The translations under genes and the position numbers were made by a program. This document shows positions 56,000-64,000 of a stretch of 64,000 nt of DNA, one piece after another. The first letter of the stretch is position 1. Each line of letters opens with the position of its first letter. The DNA comes from Limisphaerales bacterium (lineage in GTDB: Bacteria > Verrucomicrobiota > Verrucomicrobiia > Limisphaerales > UBA9464). The notes below the pieces were generated by a model. That model saw only the letters and a list, made by a program, of their open reading frames with translations. It searched no databases and was not told where the DNA came from. The stretch spans positions 39,339 through 103,338 of the forward strand of contig CBDIPJ010000015.1 in the NCBI GenBank assembly GCA_965283655.1, read 5' to 3'.

Positions 56000-56393
56000 G
56001 GGCGGACGATGGCTGCGGGGTGGGCAGGACGTCAAATCGGGGAAGTTGGAAGTTGGAAGAATGGAGGCCGGGTGAGCCTTCAAGGGTGAGGTTGAAGGCC
56101 GGGTGCCTTTCCGTGCTGGAGTTCGCGAGGCGCCGCGTGGGGGCACGCGGCCTGCAATCGAACCAGTCATTTCATTCTAGAAACGGCAGTTCATTGAACC
56201 GCAGATTTCGCCGATTCCGCAGATGGAGGGGCAGAAATGCCAGGACCCAAGGCCCGTGTAGATGTCACCTTTCGGGTGAAGGGCACGCCCGATCCCAGCT
56301 GCTGACTATCTGCGTCATCTGTGACATCTGCGGTTCCAACTGCCGCTTTCAGGTTCATTCTGGTGGGGAGCTTGTTACGGTTGCCGCACTTCC

Positions 56394-59300
56394 ATGAGCG
56401 TTTTCCGGCATTGGATCCTGCTGCTTCTGTTGTGGGCGGTGTCGTGCCCTGCGGCTGTGCTGCTGCCCGACGGGGCCGTGTGGCAGTGGCAATTGACGGA
56501 GTCGGATCCAGTCCCGCTGCTGCCGGGGAGTTGGCGGGAACCTGAATACGAAGGAACAACGGCGGGTTGGTCGTCCGGGGTCGTACCCCTGCAACGTCCG
56601 GCTGGAACCAACGGGACGCCCGTGCCTCAGGGCGTGGGTGGATTGCTGGCCCGGACGACGTTCGTGGTGCCGGCTCCGGATCAGTACTCGACGTACCGGA
56701 TCAAGGCCTCGGTCGCCGGGGGGGCGGTGGTCTGGCTGAACGGCGAGGAAGTGCTGCGGATGGGAGTGGCCGACGGGGTCGAATCACCGGACCAGAAGCC
56801 GCAACCGGGGACTTCGCTTGTCCGGTCGGCGAGTCGCGGATATCGACGATCTGACCTGACCTCGCTCCGTACAGGCACGAACGTGATCGCCGTGATGGTG
56901 CTCGCAGAGGGGGCCGCGACCCCGTTGCGCTGGGCGGCCTCGTTCGAGGGTGATCCGGACCTTGCAGGCCCGGTTGCGGAGCGGGTGCTTCCCGAGCCGG
57001 GGAGCACGGTGGGGGCATTGACCGAGATCGAGGTGTTGTTCGACGAACCGGTGCGGGGTGTGGATGCGGGGGATCTTCTGGTCAACGGGGTCGCGGCGGT
57101 GGACGTCGTGCCGTTGGGGCCGGACCAATACGCCTTCACCTTGCCGTCAGTTGGGGAGGGATCGGTCCGGGTGGAGTGGAAATCAGGAAACGGGATCACC
57201 GACCGGGCCGTCCCAGGAAACGTTTTCGCCGGGGGAACGTGGACCTATACGGTGACGAACGGCGTCGCGCCTGATGCGGTGATGATCTCGGAATTCATGG
57301 CGGACAACGATCGGACGTTGCGGGACGAGAATGGCGACGACGTGGACTGGATCGAGTTGCACAACCCGACGTTGCAGGACGTGCCGTTGCAGGGCTGGGG
57401 CTTGAGTGACGACCGCAACCAGCCGTGGAAGTGGCGGTTTCCCGAAGTCGTGATTCCGGGGCGAGGTTTCCTGCTGGTGTATGCCTCCGAGAAGAACCGG
57501 ACGAACGTTTGGGGCCGGCTGCACACGAACTTCAGGCTGGATGCGGGCGGGGAGTTCCTGGGGCTGTCGGATGCCAACGGGCAGTGGGTCTCGCAGTTCG
57601 CACCGAAGTATCCGGCGCAATCAACGGATGTCTCGTACGGGCGGGCGAACGGGGCGCCGTCGGTCGTTGGTTACTTCGAGAAACCGACGCCGGGTGCGGC
57701 GAACAGTACCTCGGGAGGGACGTTTGCTCCGGGTGTGGTGATGAGTCGGCCATCAGGCACGTACACCGGTTCGATCACGGTGGCCCTGTCGCTGGCGGCA
57801 CCCGACACGAATGCGGTGATCCGGTTCACGACGAACAATGTGCTGCCTGGGCCGACTTCAGCGGTGTACGCGGGTCCATTGACCTTCACCACGGCGGTTC
57901 ATGTACGGGCTCGCGCCTTCTCACCCGGACGGTTGCCGGGGCCACCGCAGAGTGCGACCTATACGCCACTGGCAATACAGGTGGCGCAGTTTCGGTCGGA
58001 CCTGCCCGTGCTGATGCTGCACAACTATTCGCGCGGTCGGCCGAGCACGACGGGTGTCTTCGGTACGGTGCAGCTCTTCGAGCCGACGAATGGGGTCACT
58101 GCGCTGACGAATTTGCCGACGCTTTCCGCAAGGGCTTTCCTGGCGTCGCGGGGATCGAGTACGGAGGGGTTGCCGAAGGTGAGCCTCAAGTTGGAGTTCC
58201 GGGATGAGTTCGACCTGGATCGGGCGGTGGGCTGGCTGGGGATGCCGGAGGATCCGGACTGGGTCCTGTACGCGCCGAACAGCTTTGACCCGATCATGAC
58301 GCACAATCCGTTCATGCACGGGCTGGCAAACGACCTGGGGTATTATTCTTCGCGGTGCCGGTTCGTGGAGGTCTACCTGGTGCAGAGTGGGCTGGGTGCC
58401 GTGACGAGCACGTCGTATGCGGGCGTGTACGTGCTGGAGGAAAAGGTGAAGCGGGACAAGAACCGCGTCGACGTGGACAAGCTGGAACCGGAGCACACGC
58501 TGCCTCCGGAGGTCACCGGGGGGTATCTGTTCAAGGTCGACCGTGCGGATCCGGGCGACACCGGTTTTTCAGCCAATGGAACGCAGATGATGTACGTGGA
58601 GCCCAAGGAACCCGAGATCGAGCGGGCCGACCGTCTGGCGCAGCGACAGTATGTCACCCAGTTCTTCACTCAGTTCGCCTCCGCCTTGAACGGGGCGAAC
58701 TACCGAAATCCAACGCTGGGCTATGCCCGGTTTCTGGATGTCGATCCCAGCATTGATTTCCACATCCTCAATACGATGGCCTTCAATGTGGACGCGTTGG
58801 TGCTCAGTACCTACCTCTACAAGCCGCGCAATGGGAAGCTGACCTTTGGTCCGTTGTGGGACTTTGATCGGGCACTCGGATCAACCGACGGTCGTGACAG
58901 CAACCCACGGACCTGGGGTGCCAACTTCTTCACTGCCTATTGGTGGCCCAGGTTGTTTACGGATCCGGACTTCACGCAGCGTTGGATCGACCGCTATCAG
59001 GAATTGCGGCTGGGATTGCTGTCGACGACCAATCTGTTCCTCCGACTGGATGGACTGACGGCCCAGTTGCGTCAGGCCCAGCCGCGTGAACGTGCGAAAT
59101 GGGGCACGACGTATCGCGGTGGCAGTTACACAACCGAGATCCTCTACAACAAGACGTGGCTGTCGAACCGGGTGGACTATATGGACACACGATTCGTGCC
59201 GCGCATCCGGCCATTGGCTCCGGAACTGGACTCGGCCGCAGGGCAGGTCCGGCTGCGATTTCTCCTGCCCACCAACGCGAACCTGATGGCCTTCTACACG

Positions 59301-60347
59301 ACGAACGGCACGGATCCGCGGCTGTCCGGGGGCGGGATCTCGCCCTCGGCCCAACAGTACAGTGCCGCCACTCCGTTGAGCTTCGACCGCAATGTCCGGG
59401 TGATCGCGCGTCTCTATTCCACCACGGCGCGGTCCGGGACACCGAACAGCCGTTGGGGCGGTCCGGCGACCTCGGTGCTGGTGGTCCAACGGCCGCCACT
59501 GCGGTTCACGGAGGTTCAGTACCATCCGCTGGACGACAATGCCGCCGAGTATCTGGAGATCTTCAATCCGTCGGATACCGCCGTGTCCCTCCAAGGCTGG
59601 CAGTTGGCGGGGGGTGTCCAGTTTGTGTTTGGCGGGACCAACGCGTTGAAGGTGCTGGAGCCGCGTCGGCGCTGCGTGGTGGTTTCCGATGTGGCGGCTT
59701 TTGGGACGGTGCCGGCCGGGGTGCTGGTGGCGGGACAGTTTACGGGACGTCTCGCGAACTCGGGTGACCGGGTGGATCTGATCGGGCCGGTTGGCGAAGT
59801 CGTGGATGCGATCCAATACGATGACGCAGCGGAACCGCTCGCCGACGGTGGAGGATGGACGCTGGTGCCGCGGAACGAATCCGAACTGGGGGCAACGGTG
59901 TGGAAGCTCAGCGCCGGCATCGGTGGTTCACCCGGCACCCCGGACCTGGCGTCCGATGCGGGGCCAGGAGGCGACACGGATTCGGATGGATTGCCGGATG
60001 TGTGGGAACGGTTCCATGGATTGATCGTGGGGGAGGCTGCGACGGACATGGGCTGGAACGACCGGGACGGCGATGGCGTCAGCAACCGTGGAGAGTTCCT
60101 CGCCGGAACGGATCCAAAGTCGGCGGCTTCGGTCTTGCGCATGACCGCCACACCGGGTGTCGGCGATGCACTGAGGCTTTCGTGGAACCGGGTTCCGGGA
60201 CGGGCGGTTCGGTTGCTGGTGCGCGACGCCATTGGCGGCGTTGATCGGATCCTGGTGGACGTGCCCGCGCGTGGGACGGCCGGGATGGAGGAATGGACGG
60301 ACGTGTTTGGGGACGGGGATCGGTTCTATCGGTTGTCGGCGCCATGA
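56394..60347 (+). CDS. Large secreted CotH kinase-family protein with two lamin-tail (LTD) domains and a C-terminal Asp-rich calcium-binding-like repeat
   Basis: LTD-like ISEFMADN...VDWIELHNP and FTEVQYHP...YLEIFNP. CotH-like core YAGVYVLEEKVKRDKNRVD, GGYLFKVDR and YVEPKEPE. DTDSDGLPDVWE lies near the end. Confidence 0.75.
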   Translation: MSVFRHWILLLLLWAVSCPAAVLLPDGAVWQWQLTESDPVPLLPGSWREPEYEGTTAGWSSGVVPLQRPAGTNGTPVPQGVGGLLARTTFVVPAPDQYSTYRIKASVAGGAVVWLNGEEVLRMGVADGVESPDQKPQPGTSLVRSASRGYRRSDLTSLRTGTNVIAVMVLAEGAATPLRWAASFEGDPDLAGPVAERVLPEPGSTVGALTEIEVLFDEPVRGVDAGDLLVNGVAAVDVVPLGPDQYAFTLPSVGEGSVRVEWKSGNGITDRAVPGNVFAGGTWTYTVTNGVAPDAVMISEFMADNDRTLRDENGDDVDWIELHNPTLQDVPLQGWGLSDDRNQPWKWRFPEVVIPGRGFLLVYASEKNRTNVWGRLHTNFRLDAGGEFLGLSDANGQWVSQFAPKYPAQSTDVSYGRANGAPSVVGYFEKPTPGAANSTSGGTFAPGVVMSRPSGTYTGSITVALSLAAPDTNAVIRFTTNNVLPGPTSAVYAGPLTFTTAVHVRARAFSPGRLPGPPQSATYTPLAIQVAQFRSDLPVLMLHNYSRGRPSTTGVFGTVQLFEPTNGVTALTNLPTLSARAFLASRGSSTEGLPKVSLKLEFRDEFDLDRAVGWLGMPEDPDWVLYAPNSFDPIMTHNPFMHGLANDLGYYSSRCRFVEVYLVQSGLGAVTSTSYAGVYVLEEKVKRDKNRVDVDKLEPEHTLPPEVTGGYLFKVDRADPGDTGFSANGTQMMYVEPKEPEIERADRLAQRQYVTQFFTQFASALNGANYRNPTLGYARFLDVDPSIDFHILNTMAFNVDALVLSTYLYKPRNGKLTFGPLWDFDRALGSTDGRDSNPRTWGANFFTAYWWPRLFTDPDFTQRWIDRYQELRLGLLSTTNLFLRLDGLTAQLRQAQPRERAKWGTTYRGGSYTTEILYNKTWLSNRVDYMDTRFVPRIRPLAPELDSAAGQVRLRFLLPTNANLMAFYTTNGTDPRLSGGGISPSAQQYSAATPLSFDRNVRVIARLYSTTARSGTPNSRWGGPATSVLVVQRPPLRFTEVQYHPLDDNAAEYLEIFNPSDTAVSLQGWQLAGGVQFVFGGTNALKVLEPRRRCVVVSDVAAFGTVPAGVLVAGQFTGRLANSGDRVDLIGPVGEVVDAIQYDDAAEPLADGGGWTLVPRNESELGATVWKLSAGIGGSPGTPDLASDAGPGGDTDSDGLPDVWERFHGLIVGEAATDMGWNDRDGDGVSNRGEFLAGTDPKSAASVLRMTATPGVGDALRLSWNRVPGRAVRLLVRDAIGGVDRILVDVPARGTAGMEEWTDVFGDGDRFYRLSAP

Positions 60348-60410
60348 GACTGGGATCCGGGGGTGAAATTCCGGTTCTCGGCGCAGGAATTCTGGGGATG
60401 ATCGCCCGCC

Positions 60411-60818
60411 ATGGAATCAAATCCTGGCAATGCCCCGATGACGGCGCCGCAATCGAACGAAACATCCATGTGGAACATGCTGTGCCATCTGATCGCCCTC
60501 TCCGGATACATCACCGGGTTGGGCTTCTTTCTGGGGCCGTTGATCGTGTGGTGGGTGATGAAGGACAAGCACCCGTCGGTGGAACAGCACGGCAAGGAGT
60601 CGCTGAACTTCCAGCTCACGGTGTTCCTGGCGGGCATGGGGGTGTTTGTCGCCTCGGTGGTGGTTGGGTTCCTGACGTGTGGCATTGGCTTCTATGTCGG
60701 CGCCGCTGCCATGGCGATCCTGGGAGTGGCGCATCTGGTGCTCGTGATCATCGCTTCCATGCAGGCTTGGTCTGGCGGTTCGTACCGGTATCCGTTCACA
60801 CTGCGCCTGATTTCATGA
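60411..60818 (+). CDS. DUF4870-family small membrane protein
   Basis: MWNMLCHLIALSGYITGLGFFLGPLIVWWVMKDKHPSVEQHGKESLNFQLTVFL is typical of this family as I recall it. Confidence 0.65.
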   Translation: MESNPGNAPMTAPQSNETSMWNMLCHLIALSGYITGLGFFLGPLIVWWVMKDKHPSVEQHGKESLNFQLTVFLAGMGVFVASVVVGFLTCGIGFYVGAAAMAILGVAHLVLVIIASMQAWSGGSYRYPFTLRLIS

Positions 60819-62059
60819 GCGAGCGGAACATGTGGATGCGGGCAGTCCGGGTCGGATGGACTTCGGTGCTGGTATGGGTGGCCTCGGCGGCAATGGCGCA
60901 ATCGCCATTGCCTCCTGCAGTGGCCATGCCGATCGAAACGGCGGAGCGGGTCGGCAGTGAATGGGAGGGGCACCTGCGGAAGGGCGAGGTGACCGCGATC
61001 ACCGGTCGCTTCGACATCGAGGCGATGACCAAGAAGGCGTTGGCGGGCCTTCCCGGGGATGCGGCCGCGAAGCAGGAGTTTGCCACCCAATACGCCGCCG
61101 GGGCATCCGCCAGTCTTCAATTTGTCCTGAAGGGTTTTTCGGGTGCGCGGTTCCTCGGCGTGGTGCGCACCAATGCCGTGGGCGGGTTGGTGTTCCGGAT
61201 GATCCTGCCCGACGGGAGCGTGAACTATCATCGTTACGTTCTGGAGCCCCGCGCGGGCGGTTCGGTCGCGGTCACCGACCTGTACGTGATGACCAATGGC
61301 GAGTGGGCAAGCTCGACCGTGCGCTGGTTGTACCTCCTGAGCGAAGGGAAGCGCGGACCGGCTCTGGCGTCCCAGTTGACCGGCAGCGCGGCGGAATTGG
61401 TTCGGAACGCCGCGACGGTCGAGCGGTTGGTTGGGTTGATGCAGCAGAAGAAGTTCGCGGAGTACGCCGAACTGTACCGCACACTGCCGGAGCCCCTCCG
61501 TCAGGACCGTTCGATCCTTCATGGGCAGTTGGTGGCCGCTCAGGCGGTCGAGCCCTTGCAGTTCGGGTTGGCCTCGGAGGCGTGGGCGCGCCTGTTTCCC
61601 GGGGATCCCGGTCTGGACATGATCACTTTTGAGCGGTTGGCGGCGCGCGGGGAGCATGCGAAATCCGCGGCGGCCCTCGGGCGGATCGAGGCGTTCGTGG
61701 GCGGCGACGTGCACCTCCGGGCCTTGCGCGGGGCGCAGTTGGCGCGGGCGGGCGAGGTCGAAACCGGGCGGCAATTGGCGCTCGAAGCCGTGCGCATCGA
61801 ACCAACCCTGGCGACGGGCCACGACGTCCTCCTGGGAATCGCGTTGCAGGCCAAGGATCACGCGACGGTGGCCCGGTTGCTCACGGATGTGGCCGACAAC
61901 CTGCCGGTGGACCCACGCGAGGTGGTGCGGAACCAGGCGCAATACGCCGTGTTCCGGGAATCACCCGAGGGACGGAAGTGGATGACGAACAAGCCGGACG
62001 TCCGCGTCCTGCGACGTCCGGTGCCCACGAATGCGCCGCCGGGGACGTCCGGGTTCTGA
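60815..62059 (+). CDS. Hypothetical secreted helical-repeat (TPR-like) protein
   Basis: ATG at 60815 overlaps the upstream stop (ATGA). Signal-like MWMRAVRVGWTSVLVWVASAAMA. The C-terminal half is helical-repeat-like. No family recognised. Confidence 0.45.
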   Translation: MSERNMWMRAVRVGWTSVLVWVASAAMAQSPLPPAVAMPIETAERVGSEWEGHLRKGEVTAITGRFDIEAMTKKALAGLPGDAAAKQEFATQYAAGASASLQFVLKGFSGARFLGVVRTNAVGGLVFRMILPDGSVNYHRYVLEPRAGGSVAVTDLYVMTNGEWASSTVRWLYLLSEGKRGPALASQLTGSAAELVRNAATVERLVGLMQQKKFAEYAELYRTLPEPLRQDRSILHGQLVAAQAVEPLQFGLASEAWARLFPGDPGLDMITFERLAARGEHAKSAAALGRIEAFVGGDVHLRALRGAQLARAGEVETGRQLALEAVRIEPTLATGHDVLLGIALQAKDHATVARLLTDVADNLPVDPREVVRNQAQYAVFRESPEGRKWMTNKPDVRVLRRPVPTNAPPGTSGF

Positions 62060-62103
62060 TCTCCAGAGCCGCCGAGGAGGCGGGAATTGCCGAGAGGAAC
62101 AAA

Positions 62104-62566
62104 CCAACCGCATCGCGGTTGTGGCCAACACCGAGTCTCGAAGGAGAAGGTCATCTCCCGACAAGCACGCCGGGGAGGACAGCGAACAGCGATGCGTTTC
62201 GCTCGGCGAGCTTCGTGCCTCCGCGTGAGAAAAGTCTGGGTTCCACAATCCTCACACCAAGACGGGAGGATGCGCAGGAACCCCGGAGTTGTTTCACGCA
62301 GAGGCGCCGAGAACGCCGAGGGGGAGTCGGTTGTTGCAGTTGGTTTGCCCTGTGCGCTTCCAACGCCGAGCCAAACTCGAAACGCTCCGCTCCACCACAG
62401 CGTCTGGGGTCCGGATTCGAAGAGGAAAAGCGCATGATGTGAGTCCCTACGCCGAGGTCCCACAGGTGCGGAGCACCGACAGATGATAGCCCACGGCGTC
62501 AGCCGTGGGTCCCAGATCCAAAAGCCTCATTAGCCCCAGCGGGGCGACAGACGCGGAAGGCTCCAA
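62104..62566. repeat. 463-bp composite direct repeat, copy 1 (ends with the family C module)
   Basis: Collinear with 62906-63368 (802-bp offset). It contains tttcacgcagaggcgccgagaacgccgaggggg and the family C core at 62490-62509. Confidence 0.9.
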
Positions 62567-62905
62567 TGCATTGAGAACTCACGCGAGGAGCCGACCCTCT
62601 ACGGAAAGGTTGTTTTGCAGCAATGAACTGGAGGTCTGCAGCTCGTCTTCAGTCCTCGATGCAGTCGCCGGGTGAGGGCACCCGGCCTACAACTCAGTAG
62701 CTCCTGAGTTCATAGGTAGCCGCGAAGCTGCCGAGGAGACACGATGTTGTTTCACGCCGAGACGCCGAGATCGCCGAGGGGGAGTCGGTTGCTGGAGTTG
62801 GCTTGCCCTGTGCCCTTCCAACGCCAACGGCGTGGAGACCCCCAGCCCAGCAACGGTGTTGGCCGAGGAACGAAGACAACCCTGGGTTTGATCCCAACGC
62901 GCCAA

Positions 62906-63368
62906 CCAACCGCATCGCGGTTTTGGCCCCCACCGATCCTCGAAGGAGCAGGCAATCTCCCGACAAGCACGCCGGGGAAGACATGGAACAGTGATGCGTT
63001 TCGCTCAGCGGGCTCCGTGCCTCGGCGTGAGAAAAGTCTGGGTTCCACAATCCTCACACCAAGACGCGATGATGCGCATGAACCCCGGAGTTGTTTCACG
63101 CAGAGGCGCCGAGAACGCCGAGGGGGAGTCGGTTGTTGCAGTTGGTTTGCCCTGTGCCCTTCCAACGCCGAGCCAAACTCGAAACGCTCCGCTCCGCCAC
63201 AGCGTCTGGGGCCCGGATTCGAAGAGGAAAAGCGCATGACGTGAGTCCCTACGCCGAGGTCCCACAGGTGCGGAGCACCGACAGATGATAGCCCACGGCG
63301 TCAGCCGTGGGTCCCAGATCCAAAAGCCTCATTAGCCCCAGCGGGGCGACAGACGCGGAAGGCTCCAA
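62906..63368. repeat. 463-bp composite direct repeat, copy 2
   Basis: See copy 1. A partial third copy of one sub-module lies at about 62745-62830. The family C core is at 63292-63311. Confidence 0.9.
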
Positions 63369-63432
63369 GGAGAAAGCAATGGGGTCAGTCCCGTACTATT
63401 GACAATTGGCAGTTGAGACCCAGCCTTGCCGG

Positions 63433-64000
63433 ATGGCACGACCGCTTCGCATCCATGTTGTCGATGGTTGGTATCACGTGATGAGCCGTGGGAATGGCGG
63501 GGAGAACCTCTTCCGGCGGGACGACGATCGCCGGGCGTTCCTCGGGTTGGTGTCCGAACTGCCCGAGCGGTTCGGCGCCGAGGTGCATGCGTTCGTGTTG
63601 ATGGACAATCACTACAATCTGCTGTTGCGTTGTCGGCGGACAGACGTCAGCGAGACCCTTCGGTGGCTGCAGACCAGCTATTCCGTTCGGTTCAACTGGG
63701 CGCATCGAAGGAGGGGCCACGTCTTTCAGGGGCGATTCAAGTCGGCGCTGATCCAGGATGAGGGGCGGTTGGAGGAAGTCGGGCGGTACCTTCACCTGAA
63801 TCCGGTGCGGATCAAGGGACTGGGGTTGTCCAAGGAAGATCAACGACGGGCGCGTGTCATGGGGTGTCCGGATCCCGGAGCGGAGTTGGTCGCTCGACGG
63901 GTGACGGCGCTGAGGGAGTACGGTTGGAGTTCCTGGCGGGTGTACGCGGGTCTGGAGCCAGCACCGGGTTGGCTGAATCTGGAACGGTTGCTCGGCGAGA
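63433..64000 (+). CDS. IS200/Y1-type (REP-associated tyrosine transposase-like) protein, partial at the window edge
   Basis: My own translation gives MARPLRIHVVDGWYHVMSRGNGGENLFRRDDDRRAFLGLV...HAFVLMDNHYNLLL...RRGHVFQGRFKSALIQD...GRYLHLNPVR. It is not in the ORF track because it has no stop in the window. Confidence 0.8.
   Translation, partial: MARPLRIHVVDGWYHVMSRGNGGENLFRRDDDRRAFLGLVSELPERFGAEVHAFVLMDNHYNLLLRCRRTDVSETLRWLQTSYSVRFNWAHRRRGHVFQGRFKSALIQDEGRLEEVGRYLHLNPVRIKGLGLSKEDQRRARVMGCPDPGAELVARRVTALREYGWSSWRVYAGLEPAPGWLNLERLLGE

Noticed and set aside
62104-63368. Diversity-generating retroelement template/variable repeat pair
   Set aside because: Differences between the two copies are not restricted to adenine positions. 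There is no reverse transcriptase gene nearby, and neither copy lies at the 3' end of a CDS.

Overview
High-GC chromosomal segment (GC not computed). PVC-superphylum hallmarks suggest Verrucomicrobiota: PSCyt/DUF1549/DUF1553 proteins, a DUF1559 prepilin-like protein, a TIGR04138-like protein and an LTD/CotH protein. This lineage call is inference. I support about 40 CDS. Housekeeping genes are ruvB, leuS, gltX, lepB, miaE, a transketolase-family gene and an hrpB-like helicase. Envelope and transport genes are an RND pump with its adaptor, an ABC-2 exporter, an MFS transporter and a DsbD-like reductase. Carbohydrate or periplasmic enzymes are a GH9, an IlvD/Edd dehydratase with a DapA-like enzyme, a cytochrome-c-fused PQQ dehydrogenase and two amidohydrolases. 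Signalling and other genes include a hybrid histidine kinase, a glutaminase-STAS-cNMP fusion, an IPT/TIG surface protein, an orphan iscX and an HExxH protein. I recognised no rRNA, tRNA, CRISPR array or prophage. I found no classical novel gene system such as a defence island. The unusual signal is at the DNA level. Most intergenic gaps longer than 100 bp are built from a small vocabulary of short repeat modules: 24-nt P/Q motifs with GT[AG]G heads, a double-hairpin family, a CCCACGGCGTCAGCCGTGGG module, an AT-richer foldback, heptanucleotide tracts and an octanucleotide microsatellite. Several of these form tandem arrays. One block of these modules (339 nt, including two perfect 105-bp units) sits in frame inside the hrpB-like helicase gene. 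A REP-associated tyrosine-transposase-like gene with an altered HUH motif (HYN) starts at the right edge. An IlvD/Edd dehydratase has an apparent 1-nt frameshift that cuts off its conserved C-terminus. All functional calls rest on motif recognition by eye; no searches were run.
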